DNA of 64,000 nucleotides from a virus. Positions 39,205-48,410 of this stretch are shown piece after piece. A program made the translations under genes and the position numbers. Positions within the stretch are counted from its first letter, which is position 1, and every line of letters begins with the position of its first letter. The stretch spans positions 27,180 to 91,179 of the IMG/VR virus record IMGVR_UViG_3300042878_001565. The stretch is one strand, 5' to 3'. The notes under the pieces were generated by a model, which worked only from the letters and a program-made list of their open reading frames with translations, was not told the origin of the DNA and made no database searches.

Positions 39205-39725
39205 TATCCTGTAATTAATGCATCAACTTTTGTTTGTAAAGATAAAATTTGAACTTGCATGTTAGCTATAGTTTGATTTTGATTTTGAAGCGTTCTATAA
39301 AACTCACACACCTTTAATCCAATTAAACTAACGTAGTTGTTAATTTGTGTAACAGTTCCACCAACTTCATTTTCAAAACAACCAGCTACTACAATTTCAC
39401 AATCAGGACAACCTGAAGCAACAGTTCCAGTTGATGTAGTAGATGCACCGCCAGTTTTAATTATACATAACTCATCTAAAATTGCTTGAATTAAATCTAT
39501 AAATGTTTTCATATCACAAGTATCTACAATACAAGAAGCGTCATAGTTGTTAACATCTGTGTATGTTAATAACAAGCAAATCTTTTCTGCAAATTGTGCT
39601 AATACGTCACTAATAGTATCCCCAGTACATAAATGTAAAAAAGGAATATCAGGTCCTTGCCATACTACACAATTACTTGATGTAGTGACGCATCCTGTTG
39701 GTTTTGTATTTGTCGGTCTTCCCAT
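39204..39725 (-). CDS. Cys-rich coiled-coil fibre/adaptor protein
   Basis: SSNCVVWQGPDIP...C.GD.ISDV module and a C-terminal heptad coiled coil. Confidence 0.55.
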   Translation of the reverse strand: MGRPTNTKPTGCVTTSSNCVVWQGPDIPFLHLCTGDTISDVLAQFAEKICLLLTYTDVNNYDASCIVDTCDMKTFIDLIQAILDELCIIKTGGASTTSTGTVASGCPDCEIVVAGCFENEVGGTVTQINNYVSLIGLKVCEFYRTLQNQNQTIANMQVQILSLQTKVDALITG

Positions 39726-39761
39726 ACTATAATATAATTAATTTTTTAATAAAAAGCAAAT

Positions 39762-40400
39762 CTATGGACAACAAATAGAGTTGTCTGTAATTAAATCTAA
39801 TTTCAAAACTTCCATATCAATTTTTGCTGATGTAAAATCAGAAGGACAACAAAATTTAATTCCAAATTTTAATGTCTGAATTTCTTTAAAAATAACACTT
39901 GCAAAAGTACACATAATTGTTTCGACTTTTTCAGGATCTAATTTATTGTAATCAGGTTCAGCATAAATAATTTTTTTAGTAACTACTAATCCTTCATCCA
40001 TTATAACTTGTTCAGGAAGACATTCTTCACAAGTTTCAACTGTTGTTACTTGTGCAAAATACTCTGTAAAAGGAATTACATTAATGCCTTCAACCAAACA
40101 ACCTTCTTCTAATTTAAAACAACCGCAAACAATATTACCGCTTTCATCAGTTATTGAGGTAATAACTTTTTGTAGTAAATCATCTGGATGTACTGTATTA
40201 GCTGTACCATTAAAAGAAAATATTGTGGGTTGACCACCAATATTACAAGGTTCATCATTACAACATTGAACGAGTTGATAATATTCATTATTATCATTAT
40301 ACGCGGCATCATCACTAAAAGTGTAATATGTACCAGCGTAGTCCTCTAAATCAAAATAAAGAAACCTTGGTTGAAACCCTGTAAGTATATCAAGTATCAT
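39762..40400 (-). CDS. Cys-rich hypothetical structural protein (possible tail hub)
   Basis: Acidic, Cys-rich ORF; C-terminal KFGIKFCC...ICCP; synteny. Confidence 0.45.
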   Translation of the reverse strand: MILDILTGFQPRFLYFDLEDYAGTYYTFSDDAAYNDNNEYYQLVQCCNDEPCNIGGQPTIFSFNGTANTVHPDDLLQKVITSITDESGNIVCGCFKLEEGCLVEGINVIPFTEYFAQVTTVETCEECLPEQVIMDEGLVVTKKIIYAEPDYNKLDPEKVETIMCTFASVIFKEIQTLKFGIKFCCPSDFTSAKIDMEVLKLDLITDNSICCP

Positions 40401-40570
40401 TACTGTTTAGTTTTAATAGTTGGTGCAACTGGTGGTACAGATTGTACTGGTGTATTTTGTGTGTTATACAAATTAACGCATACAGAACAACACTGTGCTC
40501 CATTTAATGCTACTACTAAATAAGAACCGCCACACGTACACGTACCGCAGTTTGAACATGAAATTGCCAT
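40400..40570 (-). CDS. Small Cys-rich protein (56 aa), not in the ORF track
   Basis: MAISCSNCGTCTCGGSYLVVALNGAQCCSVCVNLYNTQNTPVQSVPPVAPTIKTKQ*; tiles the gap exactly, with a TAATG stop/start overlap. Confidence 0.75.
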   Translation of the reverse strand: MAISCSNCGTCTCGGSYLVVALNGAQCCSVCVNLYNTQNTPVQSVPPVAPTIKTKQ

Positions 40571-40572
40571 AA

Positions 40573-41133
40573 TTAAAATATTTTACATGAAAAAGCATCT
40601 AATAATTTTTTAGCATAGTTAAATATAACCATACCTTTTTCTGCATCCAAGCAATATTCAACACTTGCTTTTGCTGCATCTATGTATCCACTAATACGCA
40701 TTAAGTCTTTAAACTTTGCATCTGTTTCCGCACCTGGTTCACAAGCACCTAATTGTAATTTACATAACTCTGCTTTCAGTTGTTTTTTGATTGCAGTTAT
40801 GCGTAAATGATTATACTCTACGTATAATTGTTCGTTTGGTGATATAGAATATTTTATTACATAAACACCATCAGGTAGTTCATTAAATAATACACCGCAT
40901 TGTCCGCTTTGAAGTTTTAATTCACACGCATTCAAATTAAAGATGAATCCCTTTTCTACTACTATAGGAACAGTGGTAGAATTAAATTCCACACAATCTT
41001 TAAATCCAGGAACTAACACTTGAAGTGTAGGACAGACGTATGGCATAATCGGATCATACCAACTTGTATCTTCAATTCGAAGGATGCAATCCGTCTGAAT
41101 ATCAGGAATATTTAAACTTAATTTGTTTGTCAT
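40573..41133 (-). CDS. Putative tail hub/structural protein (start corrected to MTNKLS)
   Basis: LPDGVYVIKYSISPN motif; the upstream 14 codons of the tracked ORF overlap a terminator. Confidence 0.55.
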   Translation of the reverse strand: MTNKLSLNIPDIQTDCILRIEDTSWYDPIMPYVCPTLQVLVPGFKDCVEFNSTTVPIVVEKGFIFNLNACELKLQSGQCGVLFNELPDGVYVIKYSISPNEQLYVEYNHLRITAIKKQLKAELCKLQLGACEPGAETDAKFKDLMRISGYIDAAKASVEYCLDAEKGMVIFNYAKKLLDAFSCKIF

Positions 41134-41145
41134 AATGTCAAAGTT

Positions 41146-41186
41146 AAAAAAAAAGGAGAATAGAGAAACCTCCATCCTCCTTTTTA
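41146..41186 (-). terminator. Rho-independent terminator
   Basis: AAGGAGGATGGAG-GTTT-CTCTATTCTCCTT followed by a long T tract on the minus strand. Confidence 0.8.
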
Positions 41187-41208
41187 TGAAGAAACTTAAT
41201 TTTAATTC

Positions 41209-42729
41209 TTACAATACAGCAGCAGTAAATGCTGTGTGAGCAAATGTTTCTAAAGCAACACCTTGTCCAGCAGCAGTTAACCATGCAGCCATAAATGTTT
41301 CGAAATCTGTAGCAGCTCCCGAAGCAGTTGGTACATAAATAACCAATGAATATTGATCATCATCATAAACACTTGATGGGTTATTGCGACGAGGAACTAC
41401 GTGCTGAATTACGTAACGTGTATATAACACATTAGGAATTGCAGTAAATAATTGATCACCTTGATTAATTTGACGTAATCTTGCATCATCATGGAAATGA
41501 TTTTGTAAATAAGACTCATCTAAGATAACGTCTTTCAATACAGTTCTACCAAAACCTTGACCAGCAAATCCAGCAAATTCTTCTTGAACACAAATACCTT
41601 TGAAGTCACATGGAAGACCAGTTAAATCTGTCAAAGATGCTTTGATTCTTACGATCTCTCTTTCTTGGAAATCAGATTTTTGGAAAGAACAAACTCCAAA
41701 TTCAGTATCGATGTAAGCACCAACTAAACGTAAACCAGCAACTTTACCAGCAACGTGAGCAACAGGAACGTAAGCGTCCATTAATGCCAATGTATCTAAT
41801 TTAACACCTGCTTCAGTGTAAACAATTGGTTGAATGAAATCTTTCAAGAAAACATCTTCCATGATTTGTTTAGCCCAATCAATCATTACTGTTGTAGAAT
41901 CAACAGCAGAAGGAACCGCACCATTTGCACAACATCCTGTGTAAGCAGCTAATGTTCTGTAAGCATCATGATTTAACAATCTTAATACTGGAGAACCATA
42001 CAAGTCTAATCTCAAGTTGTATGTTTCACCACACAAGAAATCAAAGTTTGCACAAGAAGGAGCAACAGTCAATGTGATTGTTGGAGCAGTTGTTGCTGTG
42101 TAACCAGCAAGAGCATTTGTAGGTATTGTTAATACGTTGGTAGAAACATACGCACCATTCCCTCTATCATGAACAGCAACTGCAGTAATAACACCACCTG
42201 CAACAGTAATGTCAACAGTTAATCCAGAACCAGCACCACCAGTTGTTGGTAAGTCTTGAAACGTACCATTCGTAGTGATCGTACCTGGAGTTGTAATTGC
42301 AGCAACAATGTTATCTAAATTTGTAGCACCGATATGAACAATATTTTGTTCAGCTGCAGCACCAACAACTTTAAAGAATTTGTTAATGTGCAACGGATTA
42401 ATCAATTTTGATTTGTTTGCTTCATTGTATCCACCATGGAAAGGACCGATTTTGTCATCTTTCATTAACGAACTAGCCGCTAAATGTAATGGAACCGCTC
42501 TACCCCCAACAACACCTGTTAAAACAGATTTGAAAGTTTTTGGATCAAAGAAACCATAACTTCCTGCACCTAATCCATAAGGAGCAGCAGCTTTTGATAA
42601 ACTTCTTGTGTGAACACCAGCTTCGATTACGAAACCGTTGTTTAATGCTACAGTTGTGTTAGCAACTGATGCTTGAGTACCCTTTGAGCCTACAAAAGAC
42701 TTGCGAAAGGATGAATTGAAATAACTCAT
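41209..42729 (-). CDS. Abundant structural protein, probable auxiliary capsid protein
   Basis: 506 aa; high-expression-type codon usage like the MCP, own upstream motif and own terminator; GFAGQGFG motif; position downstream of MCP and ring genes. Confidence 0.6.
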   Translation of the reverse strand: MSYFNSSFRKSFVGSKGTQASVANTTVALNNGFVIEAGVHTRSLSKAAAPYGLGAGSYGFFDPKTFKSVLTGVVGGRAVPLHLAASSLMKDDKIGPFHGGYNEANKSKLINPLHINKFFKVVGAAAEQNIVHIGATNLDNIVAAITTPGTITTNGTFQDLPTTGGAGSGLTVDITVAGGVITAVAVHDRGNGAYVSTNVLTIPTNALAGYTATTAPTITLTVAPSCANFDFLCGETYNLRLDLYGSPVLRLLNHDAYRTLAAYTGCCANGAVPSAVDSTTVMIDWAKQIMEDVFLKDFIQPIVYTEAGVKLDTLALMDAYVPVAHVAGKVAGLRLVGAYIDTEFGVCSFQKSDFQEREIVRIKASLTDLTGLPCDFKGICVQEEFAGFAGQGFGRTVLKDVILDESYLQNHFHDDARLRQINQGDQLFTAIPNVLYTRYVIQHVVPRRNNPSSVYDDDQYSLVIYVPTASGAATDFETFMAAWLTAAGQGVALETFAHTAFTAAVL

Positions 42730-42806
42730 TTTTTACAGTTTTTAATTATTAAATAATACATTAAGTAAATAATATACAAAATGTTTTTCAAAAATGCAAG
42801 ACTTTC

Positions 42807-42950
42807 TTAACATTTATTTTTAGATGATCCACCCATTGATTTTTTAGGCATTGATTTTTTTGCTCCAGCCTTTGCTGGTGCGGCTTTCTTCGCCCATGGT
42901 GGAACCCATGCTCCTTTTGCAGGTGCGGCTTTTTTCTTTGCTACTGCCAT
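42807..42950 (-). CDS. Lys/Ala/Pro-rich basic micro-protein (47 aa), not in the ORF track
   Basis: MAVAKKKAAPAKGAWVPPWAKKAAPAKAGAKKSMPKKSMGGSSKNKC*; A-rich leader; no acidic residues. Confidence 0.7.
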   Translation of the reverse strand: MAVAKKKAAPAKGAWVPPWAKKAAPAKAGAKKSMPKKSMGGSSKNKC

Positions 42951-42977
42951 TTTTATTTATATTTATTGATTACACGA

Positions 42978-43679
42978 TTAATTATTTTGCTCTACGGATT
43001 GTTCAGCAATTTGATTTGCAGTAATACTTTCAATATCACCAGTAATAATTTTTACACATTCATCAATTAATAATTCAATGACATCCTCTTTAAATTCACA
43101 TTCAACTTCTTCTAAAGAAGGTTCGGTTGTATATGGATTTACAGTTCCTAAAATTTGGATTCTTTTTGGTTGTCTAAAGTATGTTAAAACTATATCTTGA
43201 ATATCAAATTTATTGTTGGTATATATTTTAATTACATTACCACCCATTGTACAAAAAGTTTCAGCCCATTGAAAATTTGGATTCTTATTTACATCGCGTA
43301 ATAACTCATCTACATTTCCTTCTTCAGCTAAATAGATCATAGCAGGTCTTGGTTCACAACAGTCTGCTTTCATTTTAGCACTAATACGTTTCCACTGGAA
43401 ATAATCTTTAGGAAAAGAGTTTGATGCATAGTACCCATCTTTCTTTCCAAACTGCATAGAAAGAGTCGTAAGTAACACTTGAATGTCATCTATACGTCTA
43501 TTTGAAGATTCGTTTCCAGTTTTTGTAAGATTAGTTCCTTGGATTTGTCTTCGACACCAACCAATCATACCTTTGTTAAATGCTTCAACGATTTGCCAGT
43601 CCATGATATTATCATAGTCATTACTAGCAAGTTTATTCATTCGCTGTTTAACTTTTACTTTGATTACTGAATTTTTCAT
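42978..43679 (-). CDS. Ring/head-tail connector protein
   Basis: NKLASNDYDNI...ESSNRRIDDIQVLL...LTYFRQP...ECEF pattern of crAss-like ring proteins. Confidence 0.7.
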   Translation of the reverse strand: MKNSVIKVKVKQRMNKLASNDYDNIMDWQIVEAFNKGMIGWCRRQIQGTNLTKTGNESSNRRIDDIQVLLTTLSMQFGKKDGYYASNSFPKDYFQWKRISAKMKADCCEPRPAMIYLAEEGNVDELLRDVNKNPNFQWAETFCTMGGNVIKIYTNNKFDIQDIVLTYFRQPKRIQILGTVNPYTTEPSLEEVECEFKEDVIELLIDECVKIITGDIESITANQIAEQSVEQNN

Positions 43680-43843
43680 CCTTTAACCTTTTTTAAATTT
43701 GGATTCTTTTTTTTTGCGGCAGGTGATGCTTTACGTGCAGATGATGCTAATATTGCACCAGCACTTTCCATTGATACACCTTGTTTAGATGCAATGTTTT
43801 TTTGTGCTGCTTTAAAACCCATTCCCTTTTTAACCTTTGCCAT
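43676..43843 (-). CDS. Basic micro-protein (55 aa), not in the ORF track
   Basis: MAKVKKGMGFKAAQKNIASKQGVSMESAGAILASSARKASPAAKKKNPNLKKVKG*; ATGA overlap with the next gene. Confidence 0.75.
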   Translation of the reverse strand: MAKVKKGMGFKAAQKNIASKQGVSMESAGAILASSARKASPAAKKKNPNLKKVKG

Positions 43844-43965
43844 TACTTTTTCTTTTTAGTAACCGGTTTCTTCATGTTACGACCAATCATCATTCCTGCT
43901 TGAAAAGATTTTTTAACCTTTTCTGCACAATCTGATTTTTTTGTACTAGCTGTTGTCTTTGCCAT
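43843..43965 (-). CDS. Basic micro-protein (40 aa), not in the ORF track
   Basis: MAKTTASTKKSDCAEKVKKSFQAGMMIGRNMKKPVTKKKK*; TAATG overlap with the next gene. Confidence 0.7.
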   Translation of the reverse strand: MAKTTASTKKSDCAEKVKKSFQAGMMIGRNMKKPVTKKKK

Positions 43966-43971
43966 TTCAAT

Positions 43972-44967
43972 TTATTTAGCCCATAATGATTCAACTCTGG
44001 CCATCAATTTGTCCAGGATGTCTTCATTCAATGGATTGTTTAAAAATTCTAAAACATCTGCACTATTTCTTCCAAGCATTATGTTTTCAGTTTCTTCATA
44101 TAAAACACCATCCGCTTTAACGATAATGTATTTATGGAAAGATGCATCTTTAATAATTGCTTTTAATTTAAGTACATCATGTGACATTTCTGCATGTTCA
44201 ATAAACAATGAAGCACAACGCTTTTTATCGCTATCGTATGACAATCCTTGTATGTATGAATCCAAGTTAGAATAAACTGTATCAGGCAATGTTCTATTGC
44301 TATACTGAATACTATCTTTAACAATGTTTTTAGCAATGTAATATAGTTTTCTTGGATCTTCATCAGACAAAGTATTCAATAAAGCCAATGCTTTATTTTT
44401 CAATTTAACTGAAGAAACTTTGTTAGCCATAGTATCGATTTGTCTATCTAAATACCATTTCTTTTTATTTCTTTTACAATCTTCCCAGCTTGTTGCAACT
44501 AATGAAAAGCCACCGTTCTCAATACCTTTGATGATAAGTAAATGGTCAAGGTTATTTACAGGATCCAAATAAACATCATCGTTTCCTAATTTCAATAATA
44601 CCTTACTCCAAATTTCAGAATTGTTTGGTCCAAACATTTCTACTTTACTCCAAAAGTCTTTGTCATCAACATCAATGTGATTAAACGCTCTTTCTCTTTC
44701 AAGCATAGCAACGGTTTCTCTAATGTCTTTAATAACAGCTTTCTTTTTAGCTTCATCAGTGATTTGTTTAATCTCTGGTGCAAACTCATACAATCCGTTC
44801 AAATAACGAATCTTACCGTTTTGTTCAATTGCTGCAAGTGGTTCTACTTGAAACGTATTTGGGAAAACTACATAGTTATAATTTTCTAATCCCATATTCT
44901 CTACATCTGGATCGCTAAATGGTTTGATAGCGATTTTTCCTAATGCTCCTAAATTTTTTGCACTCAT
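43972..44967 (-). CDS. Conserved crAss-like capsid-module protein downstream of the MCP
   Basis: RYLNGL.E...FWS....LG...VYLDP...LGRN...V.EFLNNP.N motifs; synteny. Confidence 0.65.
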   Translation of the reverse strand: MSAKNLGALGKIAIKPFSDPDVENMGLENYNYVVFPNTFQVEPLAAIEQNGKIRYLNGLYEFAPEIKQITDEAKKKAVIKDIRETVAMLERERAFNHIDVDDKDFWSKVEMFGPNNSEIWSKVLLKLGNDDVYLDPVNNLDHLLIIKGIENGGFSLVATSWEDCKRNKKKWYLDRQIDTMANKVSSVKLKNKALALLNTLSDEDPRKLYYIAKNIVKDSIQYSNRTLPDTVYSNLDSYIQGLSYDSDKKRCASLFIEHAEMSHDVLKLKAIIKDASFHKYIIVKADGVLYEETENIMLGRNSADVLEFLNNPLNEDILDKLMARVESLWAK

Positions 44968-44992
44968 GTTCGTTGGTTTATTTTTGTACTGA

Positions 44993-45000
44993 CAAATTTA
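44993..45000 (-). promoter_or_regulatory. Bacteroidota sigma-A -7 element (TAAATTTG)
   Basis: Matches TAnnTTTG about 25 nt upstream of the ATG at 44967, just past a terminator. Confidence 0.55.
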
Positions 45001-45002
45001 AT

Positions 45003-45026
45003 AAAAAACAGCTTCCGAAGAAGCTG
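45003..45026 (-). terminator. Rho-independent terminator with a UUCG loop
   Basis: CAGCTTC-TTCG-GAAGCTG-TTTTTT. Confidence 0.85.
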
Positions 45027-45035
45027 CTTTGCAAT

Positions 45036-45302
45036 TTATGATAATGCTGCGATTATCAAATTTAATTTTGTTTCAATCAAAACTAAATTTGCATTAACCG
45101 TAGTAATAGTTTGTGCAACCGTTGCACCTGTTGCTACAGGAGTTAAAGTTACTGCACCAGCTGCTTTTACAGCTCCATTTGCAGCATTAATTTGATCCAT
45201 TAAGCTGTTCAAATGTGCTAATCTTGCAAATTCAAATGTTTCGAAATCTGCAGTTTTTAAAACAGTTGGCGTTTTTAACGCGTTTAATTTTACTAAAGAC
45301 AT
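45036..45302 (-). CDS. Small head fibre/decoration-like protein
   Basis: 88 aa directly after the MCP; Ala/Thr-rich with a C-terminal amphipathic helix (KLNLIIAALS). Confidence 0.5.
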   Translation of the reverse strand: MSLVKLNALKTPTVLKTADFETFEFARLAHLNSLMDQINAANGAVKAAGAVTLTPVATGATVAQTITTVNANLVLIETKLNLIIAALS

Positions 45303-45315
45303 AATAATTAAGTTT

Positions 45316-45347
45316 AAAAAAAAGGAACTGGTGGTTACCAGCTCCTT
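45316..45347 (-). terminator. Rho-independent terminator after the MCP
   Basis: AAGGAGCTGGT-AACC-ACCAGTTCCTT followed by a T tract. Confidence 0.85.
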
Positions 45348-45366
45348 CTTTTAGTGAATATTCTAA

Positions 45367-46983
45367 TTATAAAGAACCACCTGTTAAAGGATTTCTCATA
45401 ACGATTTTCAATACTTTAGTAGGATCTTCTACTTTGATCGCAGGCATTGCTTGCGTCATGTAGATTTGGTATCCATTGAAGTTACCAGATGAAGCAAACC
45501 CTTGAGTTCTTCCTAGGTAATCCATAGTACCATTCACGTATCTCCACTGAAGGTCTTTATTCCAAGCTGATTTTAACAACTTGATGTTATCATTACCATT
45601 TTCAGTGATGTCGAAAATGATGAATGAATAAGAAGACAATCTATGACCATCGATGATTGGATTTTCGATTTCATTGTTTTGCAAGTTATCGAAAGCAGGG
45701 TTCAATACAAACTTGATGTTTGCCAAGAAAGGAATCATGTACTCTGTGAAAGAGAATCCGAAACCTAAATCCATCCCTTGGTTCTTAACAGCTCCAAGTT
45801 CTTTAGCATTCATAACCAAACCAGAAGACATTGCTTCACGTTTGATAGCTTCATTGATTAATCTCATACCACCCATACCAGTTTGTACGATCAACTGACG
45901 TTGAGAGTCTGGTCCTTGGAAGTCAACTTTACCATTGTAGAAGTTGAAGATTTCAGAACGGAAGATGTCTAAACGGAAATCAGCTTTGTTGTAAACATGT
46001 TTGAAAGACAAATCTAATTGTTTCCAAAGTCCAACTGATAAACGTAGATCATCTGGTCCATCTTGCTTGATACGACCACCTTTACCCCACATAAGGTAAG
46101 TTTCGATGTCATAAGCAATTTTAGAAAGATGCGCTGCTTCTAATTTCGTGATGAAAGAACGAACAAGATTTCCATTTTCTTGTGCTTTTTTCACGTAATC
46201 AACACCTCTGTCTTTTACCATACCTTCTAATGTATTGATAGAAGGATCCATAGTTGTATCAAAGTTTTTCCAGATTTCAGTTACAGGAACTGAACCATCT
46301 ACTTTCATACCACCTTTCTCCATCAATTTAACTTTAGAAGAGATTGTGTAATGCACGTGTGCATCTGAATTTCCTACGTAATTGTAGAACTCACGAGTTG
46401 AGTGAGTCATAGAAAGATCAGAATATCTTTCACCATACTCACCACGAGCAGAACCTACTCTAAAGAAATACGTGTTGTTCGTCAAGAAACGGTTATCAAA
46501 TACACCTTCAGAATCATTGTTTGGCATTTGAACTGTATAGATTACACCATCACCTAAATCAAGGATGTCCTCGTCAGTGATGTATAACTCTTTACCATTG
46601 AACTTATCATAAGTGATTATATCACCATGACCAAAAGTTCTTTTGTTCATTTTGATTTTAAACGGTGTACCATCTAAACCTTTGCTCGTGTTGTTTGGAT
46701 CTAAATCCTCAACAATGAACGGAAGTTCTTCAGAAACTGGTGTGCTCCATTTATACTCACCTCTTGGGTGTTGAACCTCAATTACGTTCTTACCGTTAAA
46801 AGAAGACATTTGATACAAAGGCATCTCAACTTTTTTAACTTGAGCCCATAATTCAATAGGACCTAAATCATCAGGTTGTGCGTCTTTCATCAAGTTCATT
46901 AAGTGGTAAGAATCCACATGAGAGCTCGCTGTGTAATGGTTGTCACGAAGGAACATACCATTATTTAAAACTGGTGTACTCAT
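45367..46983 (-). CDS. Major capsid protein (crAss-like)
   Basis: 538 aa; terminase-portal-scaffold-MCP synteny; LMWGKGG, QTGMGGM, FVLNPAFD, YSFIIFD motifs; strong codon bias; downstream terminator. Confidence 0.88.
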   Translation of the reverse strand: MSTPVLNNGMFLRDNHYTASSHVDSYHLMNLMKDAQPDDLGPIELWAQVKKVEMPLYQMSSFNGKNVIEVQHPRGEYKWSTPVSEELPFIVEDLDPNNTSKGLDGTPFKIKMNKRTFGHGDIITYDKFNGKELYITDEDILDLGDGVIYTVQMPNNDSEGVFDNRFLTNNTYFFRVGSARGEYGERYSDLSMTHSTREFYNYVGNSDAHVHYTISSKVKLMEKGGMKVDGSVPVTEIWKNFDTTMDPSINTLEGMVKDRGVDYVKKAQENGNLVRSFITKLEAAHLSKIAYDIETYLMWGKGGRIKQDGPDDLRLSVGLWKQLDLSFKHVYNKADFRLDIFRSEIFNFYNGKVDFQGPDSQRQLIVQTGMGGMRLINEAIKREAMSSGLVMNAKELGAVKNQGMDLGFGFSFTEYMIPFLANIKFVLNPAFDNLQNNEIENPIIDGHRLSSYSFIIFDITENGNDNIKLLKSAWNKDLQWRYVNGTMDYLGRTQGFASSGNFNGYQIYMTQAMPAIKVEDPTKVLKIVMRNPLTGGSL

Positions 46984-47009
46984 TTATTTATTATTTATTA
47001 ATTACTAAT

Positions 47010-48281
47010 TTATCTTGCAAAAATGTTTCTTGCACTTTTCTTCAACGTACTACGTTGATTACTTCCTTCTTTGGTATCAGTTACTGAAGATGAACCTTGT
47101 CTTGAAGCTTCTTCTGTCTTTAACATTCTTACCGTTTTTGCATTGGCATCTTTGCTACCTATTTGTTTTATGTTGCTTCGGTAATCATCTGGATCTGCTA
47201 ACAACCATAGTGCTTCTGCAACTAATGATGGATTTGCATTTTTTCCAAACTGGTGTTGCTCTAACAAATATCCTAAAGCATTTGTAGGTTTCCCTTCTGC
47301 AGTTTGATATTTACTTGAATCAACTAAACCGTAGTACAACATGTTTTGAATTTTAGAATTTAATGGAATTCCATTAAGCTCTGTAGTGTTCAGTGTTTTG
47401 TATATTGTATTCGTGTACTCTTTTTGAGTTTCCTCTTTTCTAATTTTTGATGCTTGTTGATCTTTCAATCTTTTTTCAACAACCTCTGCTTGTTTTGAAT
47501 CTAACTTCGGTTTGTACCTTTCAGCAAATTTTTGAAGATCACCTCTATCCTTTAAAAGATTAATTTCATCTTCAATTTCTTCTGTTGTGTCAAAAGTTTG
47601 AGAAGCTTGATACCATTGTCTGATAATATCTTCTTGATCTTTTTCAACTGTAACATCTAAATCAAAAGTTTCTTGAACCTTTGCAAGTTGTGCAAAAATT
47701 GATTTTGTATCCTGGCCACCATTTAATGCATAATGTACAGCCGCTTGAACTTCTTCAGGTAATTGTTTGAATAGTTCAACTGGTGCATTCTGTGCAGCAC
47801 TGGAAACCTGTGAAGAAATGTTTGCTTGAATCAATTCCTTAAAATCAGCTAACGTATAATCTTCTAAAGATTTATCATCATCAAATGCTTGCAGCGTACC
47901 ATCTTCGATAAGACTTTTTGCTGCTTCAATCATTGCATCTTTGCTTAACGTAGGTCTTCCACCTTTGTTAATAGGAGCTTCATCTTCATCTTCTTCATCA
48001 TCAGATAAATTAGAATCTACAGCATTTGCAACTGCATCTTTTAATTGATCATTACTCGCATCTTTTAATGCTTCTGGTGTAGCACTATCAATGTCATTGT
48101 CAAGGAACGATGTGTCAACATTGCCTGAATTTAAAACCGAAGGTTTGGTACTTGTACCAGTTACAATCGATGCGGAATCAATTCCTAATAATTCATCCAA
48201 GTTATCAAAATCAACTTCCTCTACCGTTGTATTGGAAGCTTTTGCAGCTACATCAGCTGCTGCTTTTTCTTCTTCTGTCAT
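47010..48281 (-). CDS. Acidic scaffold-like protein
   Basis: Very acidic, helical 423-aa protein between portal and MCP. Confidence 0.65.
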   Translation of the reverse strand: MTEEEKAAADVAAKASNTTVEEVDFDNLDELLGIDSASIVTGTSTKPSVLNSGNVDTSFLDNDIDSATPEALKDASNDQLKDAVANAVDSNLSDDEEDEDEAPINKGGRPTLSKDAMIEAAKSLIEDGTLQAFDDDKSLEDYTLADFKELIQANISSQVSSAAQNAPVELFKQLPEEVQAAVHYALNGGQDTKSIFAQLAKVQETFDLDVTVEKDQEDIIRQWYQASQTFDTTEEIEDEINLLKDRGDLQKFAERYKPKLDSKQAEVVEKRLKDQQASKIRKEETQKEYTNTIYKTLNTTELNGIPLNSKIQNMLYYGLVDSSKYQTAEGKPTNALGYLLEQHQFGKNANPSLVAEALWLLADPDDYRSNIKQIGSKDANAKTVRMLKTEEASRQGSSSVTDTKEGSNQRSTLKKSARNIFAR

Positions 48282-48410
48282 AATGTGTTGGTTTTATTAC
48301 TGACTATAATTAATATACGCAAAAATATTGGTTTTTAAATATAATATGTTTAACTATTTTTAAGTACCATTTAGTTTTGAAACATACTATAGTTAAAACC
48401 TAACAAATCA

